Origin: a virus
Virus record (IMG/VR): IMGVR_UViG_3300031760_000361
Location: 1 to 31,834 of that record
Direction: 5' to 3' (one strand)
DNA: 31,834 nucleotides
In this document: positions 1 through 6,360 of the stretch, in pieces
How positions within the stretch are numbered: the stretch's first letter is position 1
Layout of the letters: each line of letters begins with the position of its first letter
Notes under the pieces: model-generated
What the model was told of the DNA's origin: nothing
What the model saw: the letters and a program-made list of their open reading frames with translations, nothing else
Database searches by the model: none
Translations under genes and position numbers: made by a program

Positions 1-127
1 AACCAAGCATAAACCCTATATATATAATCCATTTATATCTCCTTATCTAAATATTTTTCATAAAGTAATAGTTCTTCACATAATCTATCTATAACTCTAT
101 ATAAAGCTTCTTTATTTAAACTATCTA
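1..127. repeat. Contig-closure overlap, copy 1 (identical to 31708-31834)
   Basis: Compared base by base: 1-127 (aaccaagcataaaccc...tttaaactatcta) equals 31708-31834 with no mismatch. The molecule is therefore circular or circularly permuted with 31,707 unique bp. An exact 127-nt end overlap is typical of de Bruijn assembly of a circle. Confidence 0.95.
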
Positions 128-209
128 GCCATTCTTTTCTTTCTTCTGATGCCATTTCTTCTAGTAATTTATTTTCTTTACCTACTCTTATATAAATACC
201 ACTATTCAT
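33..209 (-). CDS. Small ORF (58 aa), hypothetical; not in supplied ORF track; spans the contig junction
   Basis: ATG at 209-207 overlaps the stop of 202..444 (ATGAATAG). TAA at 35-33 directly abuts the ATG (32-30) of the wrapped copy of the 71-aa gene. Hand translation: MNSGIYIRVGKENKLLEEMASEERKEWLDSLNKEALYRVIDRLCEELLLYEKYLDKEI. It fits the tight translational-coupling pattern of the neighbours. Confidence 0.5.
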   Translation of the reverse strand: MNSGIYIRVGKENKLLEEMASEERKEWLDSLNKEALYRVIDRLCEELLLYEKYLDKEI

Positions 210-444
210 TGTTGTTCTCCTTATCTACTTTATCTAATATTTCTAAAAGTTCTTTTTTATTAAAATCATATAAATGATAGCTATAAAACTGCATACCATT
301 AAAAGCATTATCACACTCATACTTTATATGTTGTTCTATATATTCTCTTACTTCTTTTATGATATTATTTAATCTTTCTATTTCTTCTTGCATATCTAAA
401 TATGTTGGCTGTTTTTGCTTTTTACTATAATCTGGTATTTTCAC
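202..444 (-). CDS. Small coiled-coil protein, EIERLN-motif paralog family
   Basis: 80-aa ORF with a GTG start at 444, preceded by AAGGAGATGATAAAGAGTG. Contains EEIERLNNIIKEV, encoded by the shared 19-nt DNA motif at 368-386. Confidence 0.6.
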   Translation of the reverse strand: MKIPDYSKKQKQPTYLDMQEEIERLNNIIKEVREYIEQHIKYECDNAFNGMQFYSYHLYDFNKKELLEILDKVDKENNNE

Positions 445-450
445 TCTTTA

Positions 451-621
451 TCATCTCCTTTTTTCTTTGATTAAATAATCTTCATATAAGTTTGTTGCTT
501 CATCTGAATTGTCTACTAAATATTCTATTATTTTATTTAATCTTTCTATTTCTTTGTCTTTTTCAACACACATTTCTGTCATTTTTATTAAATCATTTAC
601 TACTGGTTCTATTTCACTCAC
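451..621 (-). CDS. Small ORF (56 aa), fourth EIERLN-motif paralog; not in supplied ORF track
   Basis: GTG at 621-619 overlaps the TGA stop (620-618) of 618..1013 in the same GAGTGA junction used by its neighbours. Its own stop is TGA at 453-451. Hand translation: VSEIEPVVNDLIKMTEMCVEKDKEIERLNKIIEYLVDNSDEATNLYEDYLIKEKRR. Confidence 0.5.
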   Translation of the reverse strand: MSEIEPVVNDLIKMTEMCVEKDKEIERLNKIIEYLVDNSDEATNLYEDYLIKEKRR

Positions 622-1013
622 TCTTTATCACTTCCTTTTAGTTCTTGTAATCTTTTAAAGTATTTTAACCAACATTTTTTATAATCATCATTACAAGTTT
701 CTTCACAATAATCATCTTCATAAAATACTTCTTGTGCTCTTTCTTCATCACATTCCTCCTGATAACCAAAGTTCAAAGGACATTCTTCTTTAAAAAAACC
801 AAAATCTAATATTGTATTTATGATATTATTTAGTCTTTCTATTTCTTTATGTTTATTGTTTATTATTTCAGTTGCTGTATCTAATGTTTTATTTAGTCTT
901 TCTATTTCTTCTGTTGCATCATCATAAAGTTCATTAAATATTTCAGTAGGAATTATTGTTGTTCCTCCGTGTTGATGATATTGTTCATAAAATTCTTCTT
1001 CTCTTAATTTCAC
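618..1013 (-). CDS. Small acidic coiled-coil protein, EIERLN-motif paralog with two motif copies
   Basis: 131-aa ORF whose GTG start at 1013 overlaps the stop of 1010..1375 (GTGA). Contains EEIERLNKTLD and KEIERLNNIIN. The C-terminus LKGSDKE is identical to that of the upstream paralog. Confidence 0.65.
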   Translation of the reverse strand: MKLREEEFYEQYHQHGGTTIIPTEIFNELYDDATEEIERLNKTLDTATEIINNKHKEIERLNNIINTILDFGFFKEECPLNFGYQEECDEERAQEVFYEDDYCEETCNDDYKKCWLKYFKRLQELKGSDKE

Positions 1014-1324
1014 TCTTTATCACTTCCTTTTAATGTTTCTATAATATGGTTTATTTGTTTTCTATCTATTCTTTCATCGTGGTCTAAAAATGTATCATCA
1101 CCCAATATATAATCGTATTTTTTTTCTATATATTCTATTGCTTTATCTACTTTTTTAGCTTCGTCATAGAATTTACTTTCCCATTTTGTGCTTTCAGCTG
1201 TTAATCTTTCTATTTCTTTTTTCAACACTTTGTTCTCATCATACAAATCATGCACTCTATCTTTTAGCATATCGTATTCAGCGTCTGCTTTAGCTACTAT
1301 TTCTTGTATTTCTTCATTTGTCAC
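1010..1324 (-). CDS. Coiled-coil protein, EIERL-motif paralog (start moved to GTG 1324)
   Basis: The track ORF is 1010..1375, but its first 17 codons overlap the 3' end of 1338..1898. AAGGAGG followed 7 nt later by GTG (1324-1322) gives a better start, VTNEEIQEIVAK. Contains KKEIERLTAES and ends TLKGSDKE. Confidence 0.6.
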   Translation of the reverse strand: MTNEEIQEIVAKADAEYDMLKDRVHDLYDENKVLKKEIERLTAESTKWESKFYDEAKKVDKAIEYIEKKYDYILGDDTFLDHDERIDRKQINHIIETLKGSDKE

Positions 1325-1337
1325 TCTTTCTACCTCC

Positions 1338-1898
1338 TTAATACCAATGGTGGCTTTGCCAGAAGCTCCAAGCATTACTAGGTGTTTTATATCTATTTTT
1401 GATATAATCTCTACACCACCTTAATTGTGTTTTATAATTAGTTCGCCAATCTTTTCCGTAGCTTGCCATTTTCTTGCCTGGTAAAGCTTGACATAAACCT
1501 GTAGCTCCTGATTTTTTATTTTTTGCATAGGGGTTAAATGAAGACTCACGTTTAACTATCATTAACCAAGCTATATAGTCATCATTACTCCACCCATATT
1601 CAGCATTTAAAATATTCATATAATGTTGAATTTCTGCTACGTTGTATCTATAATTGTATTTTGCTTTCTTAGTTGCTTTTTTCTTAACCACTTTCTTTTT
1701 CGCACTTTTAACTTTTTTCTTTTTTTGCGAAGTCTTTTTAACCACCTTTTTAGCCTTTTTCTTTTGCACTGTTTTTTTATTTTTTAGTGCATTTTTAGCC
1801 ACTTTAATTGTACTTGCTATAGTTATCTCATTTTTTGCGATAACTGGCTCACTATATATTAACAAAACCCCTGAAAGTATTATTAATATATTTTTCAT
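1338..1898 (-). CDS. Secreted lytic-transglycosylase-like (SLT-type) muralytic protein with a poly-lysine linker
   Basis: N-terminal signal-peptide-like MKNILIILSGVLLIYSEPVIA/KN. A ~45-aa Lys-rich tract follows (KKTVQKKKAKKVVKK...KKKATKKAK). The catalytic-region motif RESSFNPYAKNKKSGATGLCQ resembles the SLT E-S...GLMQ signature. The C-terminal WSFWQSHHWY resembles the ends of Apf/SLT-type Firmicute proteins. Confidence 0.7.
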   Translation of the reverse strand: MKNILIILSGVLLIYSEPVIAKNEITIASTIKVAKNALKNKKTVQKKKAKKVVKKTSQKKKKVKSAKKKVVKKKATKKAKYNYRYNVAEIQHYMNILNAEYGWSNDDYIAWLMIVKRESSFNPYAKNKKSGATGLCQALPGKKMASYGKDWRTNYKTQLRWCRDYIKNRYKTPSNAWSFWQSHHWY

Positions 1899-1902
1899 TC
1901 AA

Positions 1903-2034
1903 TTACTCCTTTGTATCTTTTTCTTCCTCTATATCCATTTCGAAGTCGTCGTCCTCATCTGGTATGGCTTGTAGTATACACATAAGTATTACTCCTATCA
2001 TTAAGCCACACATAATACCGCTAAAGAACTCCAT
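1903..2034 (-). CDS. Small ORF (43 aa), one predicted TM helix plus acidic tail; not in supplied track
   Basis: ATG at 2034-2032 overlaps the TAA of 2034..2267. TAA at 1905-1903 lies inside the RBS-like AGGAGTAATTGAATG of the next gene. Hand translation: MEFFSGIMCGLMIGVILMCILQAIPDEDDDFEMDIEEEKDTKE. Confidence 0.4.
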   Translation of the reverse strand: MEFFSGIMCGLMIGVILMCILQAIPDEDDDFEMDIEEEKDTKE

Positions 2035-2267
2035 TACTTATCACCTCTTTTTTTATCTTTGTTATAGTTGTATTTTACGTATCTAGATTTATTACCAAAC
2101 CTATCAGTAAAGTCTATCCATTCGTTATCTATATCCATTCCGTATTTATGTCTTAAGTTAAAGATTATAGCTGATAATCTAGTAGCTCCATATTCTTTGA
2201 TAGCTTCCCAACTTGTTATATTTCCTTTTTCTTCTAAATGCGTTAAAATTGCGTTTTGTTTACTCAT
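2034..2267 (-). CDS. Small winged-helix/HTH DNA-binding protein (HTH_39-like)
   Basis: 77-aa ORF. The pattern ILTHLEEKGNITSWEAIKEYGATRLSAIIFNLR is typical of small phage wHTH proteins. Family assignment is from memory of the motif only. Confidence 0.5.
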   Translation of the reverse strand: MSKQNAILTHLEEKGNITSWEAIKEYGATRLSAIIFNLRHKYGMDIDNEWIDFTDRFGNKSRYVKYNYNKDKKRGDK

Positions 2268-2281
2268 TTTAAAACCTCTTT

Positions 2282-2617
2282 CTAATTATTTGATATATTT
2301 GTATATTCTCTTTGTAATTGACTCTCTATGAGTCTTATTTCTAGCTTTAACGTGTTAATAGCCTCTTGGTTTGCTTTATATATTGCCTCAGCTACGTCAC
2401 GTTTAAATCTTGCCTCGGCTACTGAGGGGATACCATAACAAGTTAATTGGATAACTCCTATAGCTTCGCCCTCGTTCCTTAGCTTTAATACTTCTTGTCT
2501 TAGAAGTATCTTATAGTCACGTTCCGTTTTAGCGTATTCCGAGCCCGTTTGACGTAACTTTTTAAGCGACGCGCTTAATTGGTCTAGCTTGGCTTGTAAA
2601 TCGTTGTATAAGTCCAT
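2282..2617 (-). CDS. Hypothetical coiled-coil protein in the recombination module
   Basis: 111-aa ORF just downstream of the SSB-like and annealing-protein genes. No catalytic motif recognised. Confidence 0.55.
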   Translation of the reverse strand: MDLYNDLQAKLDQLSASLKKLRQTGSEYAKTERDYKILLRQEVLKLRNEGEAIGVIQLTCYGIPSVAEARFKRDVAEAIYKANQEAINTLKLEIRLIESQLQREYTNISNN

Positions 2618-2626
2618 AAATCACCT

Positions 2627-3004
2627 CTAAAAAGGTAACTCGTATATATCGTCGTTATGTTCTTCCCCAAACTCTTTGAATAAATCGCCTGAGTCATTTT
2701 TAACTTCTTGCTTTACTATATCTTTTTTGCTATCTCTTATTACTTGCTCGGCTGTTTCATATTCCATACAAACTACATAAGGTATGGTACGTTTATCTTT
2801 GCTTAAGTAAAAACTTATCCAAGCTCTCTTTAAATAAATCCTATCTCTATTTTTAGGAGGCTCACATTTAGCGAACTTCACATCTATGTATCCGTTCTGG
2901 TATGAGCCGTCTTGCATTTTCTTACTCATTTGGAGTCTATAAAATTTAGTTCCGTTTATTTCCTTTTCGTATATAGTGTATTGTTTATCGTCTTGTATAT
3001 TCAT
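2627..3004 (-). CDS. SSB-like single-stranded-DNA-binding protein (non-canonical)
   Basis: 125-aa ORF adjacent to the annealing protein. It has an acidic C-terminal tail ending DDIYELPF, which resembles the conserved SSB tip D-D-D-(I/L)-P-F. The N-terminal part is beta-rich and could be an OB fold. Confidence 0.5.
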   Translation of the reverse strand: MNIQDDKQYTIYEKEINGTKFYRLQMSKKMQDGSYQNGYIDVKFAKCEPPKNRDRIYLKRAWISFYLSKDKRTIPYVVCMEYETAEQVIRDSKKDIVKQEVKNDSGDLFKEFGEEHNDDIYELPF

Positions 3005-3006
3005 AA

Positions 3007-3849
3007 TTAACCTCTTTTCTCTATTATTTCTTTTATTTGCTCGTCGCTTAACTCATTAGTAGTTTTTACTTTGTAGTACTCGCATATCTTATCTACGTCT
3101 AACCCTTTTTCATTTATTACATTTACTAATTTTAGTGTAAGTGGCATTCTCTCGTCCCACTCTTCCTCGGTTTTAGGCGTTCTACCTGTAAGTAACTCTA
3201 TAGCTTTTAGTATTTCTTGATTGTTTGAGTTATTTAATAACCAATCTATATATGGATTTTCTTCTTTGATTAAGTCTATTAACAACTTGCCTTTATGCTT
3301 ACCGAAGTTGATAGTATACTTTTCAGCTTCCTCTTTTGTCATTTCTTTAGGTTGATTATATTTACTATCACCCCAATATATATCGGCTCCCATTCCTAAA
3401 CTTTTACAAGCTACGCTAAGGGCGTCAGTATAAGCCATTTTAAAACATTCGTCATTGGTATAAAGGCCATTTCTTTCTTTAGCTATAAAACTACTACCTC
3501 CTGTGCCCTCTATAGGTTCGCTCCATTCCCCTTTATCGTTTTTTATATAAAGGTCTATGTCTACTATAGCTATCTTTTCGCCGTTAGCTCCCTCTATTAT
3601 TTCTTTATTCTTTATAAAGGTTTTCCACCCAAACCCACATATACCAAAAATCTCGGTTAGTTTTTCTATACGCCACATTGGTTTAATATCCGTCATACCA
3701 TTTAATCGCCCACCATTTATCTTTTTTTGAGCTTTATCTGGTACGGATTTTACTTTGTTATATATAGAAAGATTTTCACTTTCTTGTTCTTGATTGATTT
3801 CCTCTATTTCTATCTTTTCTTCTACTATCTCAGTTTTCTTGTCTTTCAT
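3007..3849 (-). CDS. Rad52-like (Sak/DUF1071-type) single-strand annealing protein with a C-terminal DUF3820-like domain
   Basis: IEKLTEIFGICGFGWK and FKMAYTDALSVACKSLGMGADIYWG match the Rad52/Sak pattern (FG..GW ... K.A.TDAL..A...LG.G..LY). C-terminal NFGKHKGKLLIDLIKEENPYIDWLL resembles the GKHKG...Y..WL domain found at exonuclease X C-termini. Confidence 0.65.
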   Translation of the reverse strand: MKDKKTEIVEEKIEIEEINQEQESENLSIYNKVKSVPDKAQKKINGGRLNGMTDIKPMWRIEKLTEIFGICGFGWKTFIKNKEIIEGANGEKIAIVDIDLYIKNDKGEWSEPIEGTGGSSFIAKERNGLYTNDECFKMAYTDALSVACKSLGMGADIYWGDSKYNQPKEMTKEEAEKYTINFGKHKGKLLIDLIKEENPYIDWLLNNSNNQEILKAIELLTGRTPKTEEEWDERMPLTLKLVNVINEKGLDVDKICEYYKVKTTNELSDEQIKEIIEKRG

Positions 3850-4207
3850 AATAAACTTCTCCCTCTTCTCTCATTCTATCGTAGTCTTCTTCTGAAAACG
3901 TATTTCTTATAAACTCAAGTTCTTTCTTTAACTCGATATTTTCATTTATTAATTCATTTAGCTTTTTAATAGTGCTTAATTGTAGGCTATTACTATTCTC
4001 TTCTTTTCTAGAGTCATAATCGTCTACTACGTCTTTTAGTTTTTCTTCAGCATACTCTCTACTATCTTGAGTATCGTCTAGGCACCATAGTAAATCTTCA
4101 GCACCTATATAGTATCTATCGTTATATTCCATTATTTCGTACTTTCTAAAGTTTTCTTTCTCTAGTTTTTTTATTAGGCTAATCCATTTTTCGTCTATTT
4201 CTATCAT
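3830..4207 (-). CDS. Hypothetical acidic protein
   Basis: 125-aa ORF overlapping both neighbours (coupled). No motif recognised. Confidence 0.55.
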   Translation of the reverse strand: MIEIDEKWISLIKKLEKENFRKYEIMEYNDRYYIGAEDLLWCLDDTQDSREYAEEKLKDVVDDYDSRKEENSNSLQLSTIKKLNELINENIELKKELEFIRNTFSEEDYDRMREEGEVYYERQEN

Positions 4208-4473
4208 ATTCTTTTCCTCATTTCTTTTTTAAATTTAAGTAGAGCTTCTCTTTTATTGATTTCTTCATCGTGTATCTTTTGTTTTTCTTTATCTACGTAT
4301 AAAGAGTAACCACACCAATGGCAAACTACACTTTCTACTCCTGGTTTTATTACTACGCTTTTGCCACATTTACATTTATATGTATGATTGGTTCTTTCTT
4401 GGAGTATCTTTTCTACATTGTCGATTTTACCTTTGTTCCAATTTACGTATCTATCTACTGAGTAGACAACCAT
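4204..4473 (-). CDS. Zinc-ribbon protein
   Basis: 89-aa ORF with CKC-N17-CHWC (YKCKCGKSVVIKPGVESVVCHWCGY), a four-Cys ribbon. Confidence 0.55.
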   Translation of the reverse strand: MVVYSVDRYVNWNKGKIDNVEKILQERTNHTYKCKCGKSVVIKPGVESVVCHWCGYSLYVDKEKQKIHDEEINKREALLKFKKEMRKRI

Positions 4474-4586
4474 TTCTTACACTCCCTTTTCGTTCTGGCG
4501 TGGTATCTATCTATTGAGTAGTTTGTATGTACTTCCCAAACTATCCACGTATTTAAGTATTTATCTTTTTCTATATTAAATTTCAT
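4455..4586 (-). CDS. Possible small ORF (43 aa); not in supplied track
   Basis: ATG at 4586-4584 overlaps the TGA of 4583..5143 (ATGA) and fills an otherwise ~110-nt gap. Hand translation: MKFNIEKDKYLNTWIVWEVHTNYSIDRYHARTKRECKKWLSTQ. The stop TAG at 4457-4455 lies inside the next gene. Confidence 0.3.
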   Translation of the reverse strand: MKFNIEKDKYLNTWIVWEVHTNYSIDRYHARTKRECKKWLSTQ

Positions 4587-5143
4587 TGCAATTCCTCTAT
4601 TCCATATTTTGGTTCACGTCCGTAAAATGTTTCTATGACGTTTGTTATGCCTCTTTTTTCAATTATGTCAGTAACATTCGGTAACGCTTTTTCTAAAACG
4701 AATATATATGCCTTATCAAAGTCTTTATTCGCCATATTGTATAATTTAGCTAAGTCCTCTAATTCTCTTTTAAAGTATTTTCTATATATTCTTTGTAAGT
4801 ATTTAATACTCCTACACCTATCTTCGTGTTGGTGTATTTCTAGCCTACTCATTATTCTTTTGCAAAACATACAATATACTTTGCCTTTAGAATTTTCTTC
4901 TTTGTCTTTAGTAGTAAGTAAACCTCTTATAAGTTGGTAAGCGTCTGGTTCTTTACCATAGTTGTTTTCATTTTTTAAGAACTTTTCTAGACTACTTTTA
5001 ATATCTTCATAATCGTAAGGCTCCATTATATGAGTCCATTCGTTTATTAAATCTTTGTATATCTCATCACCTAATCTAGTAACAAAGTAAGGTCTATGTA
5101 CTTGTATTATTTTCACTAGATTGTTTACGTCATTTCTTGTCAT
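4583..5143 (-). CDS. Putative replicative-helicase loader (G39P-like N-terminal domain) with a Cys/His cluster
   Basis: The N-terminus NLVKIIQVHRPYFVTRLGDEIYKDLINEWTHIMEPYDYEDIKSSLEKFL follows the SPP1 G39P-like pattern and lies directly downstream of the replisome organizer. CMFC...H.HEDRC suggests zinc binding. Confidence 0.45.
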   Translation of the reverse strand: MTRNDVNNLVKIIQVHRPYFVTRLGDEIYKDLINEWTHIMEPYDYEDIKSSLEKFLKNENNYGKEPDAYQLIRGLLTTKDKEENSKGKVYCMFCKRIMSRLEIHQHEDRCRSIKYLQRIYRKYFKRELEDLAKLYNMANKDFDKAYIFVLEKALPNVTDIIEKRGITNVIETFYGREPKYGIEELQ

Positions 5144-5799
5144 ATCCCTAATCTTCTATTCCTTTCCTCTACGCTTTCTATTTGAAATCTAGGCTTGGTT
5201 TTAGTGTCCTCTCTTCGTTCCCACGTTCTTACACAAGCTTTCCAATCTTTCATTTTGTTTTTACCTACATACCAATCTTTACTTTCGTAAAAGTCGTAGA
5301 ACGCCTCGGCATTTATGCCGTTATTTCTTTCTAAACAATATTGGTTGATTTCTTCTAGTGTAGGTTTGATAAATTTTCTTTTAGCTTTTTCTTTATATTC
5401 TTTATTACTTAATTCTTTATTATTTAATTCTTTATTATTTAATTGTGCTTTATTTTCTATATCTAGCTTTTCTATATCTACATTTTCTATATCTTCATTT
5501 TTGCGATATAGTGGCTTTTCGTATATGTCATAAGTCCAACTATCTATTTTTCCGTTTACATAATTCCTGGTTCTTTGTAAATAGCCAAACTCTTCTAATT
5601 CGTTTAATATAGAGTTAATACAATTACGGCTTTCTAGGTTTATTTCCGTTAATCCAAGTACTGAATAATCCCAATCGTCTGGTAGGCTTAACATTTCACT
5701 AAGTAAACCTTTTGCTTTTAAGCTCATTCTTTTTTCTTTGAAATGGTATTTACCCATTGTTACATAGTCTTTATTTTTATTAACTCTAAACACTGTCAT
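5140..5799 (-). CDS. Replisome organizer / replication initiator (wHTH N-domain, phage conserved C-terminal domain)
   Basis: N-terminal KAKGLLSEMLSLPDDWDYSVLGLTEI...LNELEEFGYL is typical of DnaD/phage replication-protein wHTH domains. C-terminal INAEAFYDFYESKDWYVGKNKMKDWKACVRTWE is the common phage replisome-organizer C-terminal motif. The central linker is coded by 15-bp iterons. Confidence 0.7.
   Translation of the reverse strand: MTVFRVNKNKDYVTMGKYHFKEKRMSLKAKGLLSEMLSLPDDWDYSVLGLTEINLESRNCINSILNELEEFGYLQRTRNYVNGKIDSWTYDIYEKPLYRKNEDIENVDIEKLDIENKAQLNNKELNNKELSNKEYKEKAKRKFIKPTLEEINQYCLERNNGINAEAFYDFYESKDWYVGKNKMKDWKACVRTWERREDTKTKPRFQIESVEERNRRLGI
5397..5499. repeat. Two sets of tandem 15-bp iterons inside the replisome-organizer gene (candidate origin)
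   Basis: Set 1: attctttattactt / aattctttattattt / aattctttattattt / degenerate aattgtgctttattt (5397-5455). Set 2: ttctatatctagctt / ttctatatctacatt / ttctatatcttcatt (5455-5499). They encode NKELN and DIE(N/K)x peptide repeats. Confidence 0.7.
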
Positions 5800-6148
5800 T
5801 ACTTTTCACCTCTATGTTGTGTATATTAGGTATCATTCCTATTAAGTAATATTTGTAATCATTCCATTTACTACATTCTTCCCATACGTTTACAAAGTCT
5901 TCTAGTGCTCTTAAATAATTACTATTTATTCCATTACCATTTTCTAACACTGATTTTATTTTCACTTCAATATGTTCTTGATATTTTAAGTGTTCTAAAG
6001 TTCTATGGTAATCTTGATGTAGTTTTTTTGGTAACATTACTAAATTAGCAAACTGGTTATTGTTTCTATTCATATCAATATGATGTATTTCATATCCTTT
6101 TGGTATTTTTTGATTAATCATTTTTTCATATATACTTCTATAGCTCAT
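5786..6148 (-). CDS. HNH homing-type endonuclease (HNH_3-like), copy 1 of 3
   Basis: KGYEIHHIDMNRNNNQFANLVMLPKKLHQDYH is the H-N-(N)-H signature of phage HNH_3 endonucleases. The gene overlaps the start of the replisome organizer by 14 nt. Confidence 0.8.
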   Translation of the reverse strand: MSYRSIYEKMINQKIPKGYEIHHIDMNRNNNQFANLVMLPKKLHQDYHRTLEHLKYQEHIEVKIKSVLENGNGINSNYLRALEDFVNVWEECSKWNDYKYYLIGMIPNIHNIEVKSNDSV

Positions 6149-6150
6149 AA

Positions 6151-6324
6151 CTAACCTCTTAGCTTGTCTAACCCTTTACCTACGATAACTACATTTACTA
6201 AGCTTGTTAGTACACCAAACCAAGTGTAAGTAGCTCCTAACATTAACTGTATAAAATCACTTACTATGCCTACACCAGCAACCCCCATTGCTATTAATAA
6301 GATTAAATTCTTATATTTTTTCAT
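6151..6324 (-). CDS. Small hydrophobic membrane protein (57 aa, two predicted TM segments); not in supplied track
   Basis: ATG at 6324-6322 is preceded by GAAAGGAAATGAATAT. The stop TAG is at 6153-6151. Hand translation: MKKYKNLILLIAMGVAGVGIVSDFIQLMLGATYTWFGVLTSLVNVVIVGKGLDKLRG. Confidence 0.5.
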   Translation of the reverse strand: MKKYKNLILLIAMGVAGVGIVSDFIQLMLGATYTWFGVLTSLVNVVIVGKGLDKLRG

Positions 6325-6325
6325 A

Positions 6326-6354
6326 TATTCATTTCCTTTCTTTTGTGTTATAAT
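6326..6354 (+). promoter_or_regulatory. Candidate plus-strand promoter with an extended -10 (TGtTATAAT)
   Basis: TATAAT at 6349-6354 with TG at 6346-6347. The -35 is weak (TATTCA at 6326-6331, 17-nt spacer). It sits in the gap between two minus-strand genes. Confidence 0.3.
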
Positions 6355-6360
6355 GAAGTT

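Larger units (their letters stand above)
368..1218 (-). repeat. Five same-orientation copies of a 19-nt motif TTTA(A/G)TCTTTCTATTTCTT (minus strand AAGAAATAGAAAGA(T/C)TAAA, codons for EIERLN)
   Basis: Copies read at 368-386, 536-554, 829-847, 892-910 and 1201-1218 (the last matches 18 of 19). Each lies inside one of four adjacent small genes; 618..1013 carries two. Confidence 0.85.

Noticed and set aside
1-127. The exact 127-bp repeat at both window ends as a biological direct terminal repeat.
   Set aside because: The repeat cuts through ORFs (the 71-aa gene start and the 33..209 ORF) and has exactly the length of a common maximal assembler k-mer. An assembly-closure overlap of a circular or permuted genome is more likely than a genuine DTR. 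Only read-end analysis can settle this.
1325-1375. The longer N-terminus (MLGASGKATIGIKEVER...) given by the track for ORF 1010..1375.
   Set aside because: These codons overlap the 3' end of the transglycosylase gene. A strong AAGGAGG followed 7 nt later by GTG at 1324 matches the GTG-start junctions of the paralogous neighbours.
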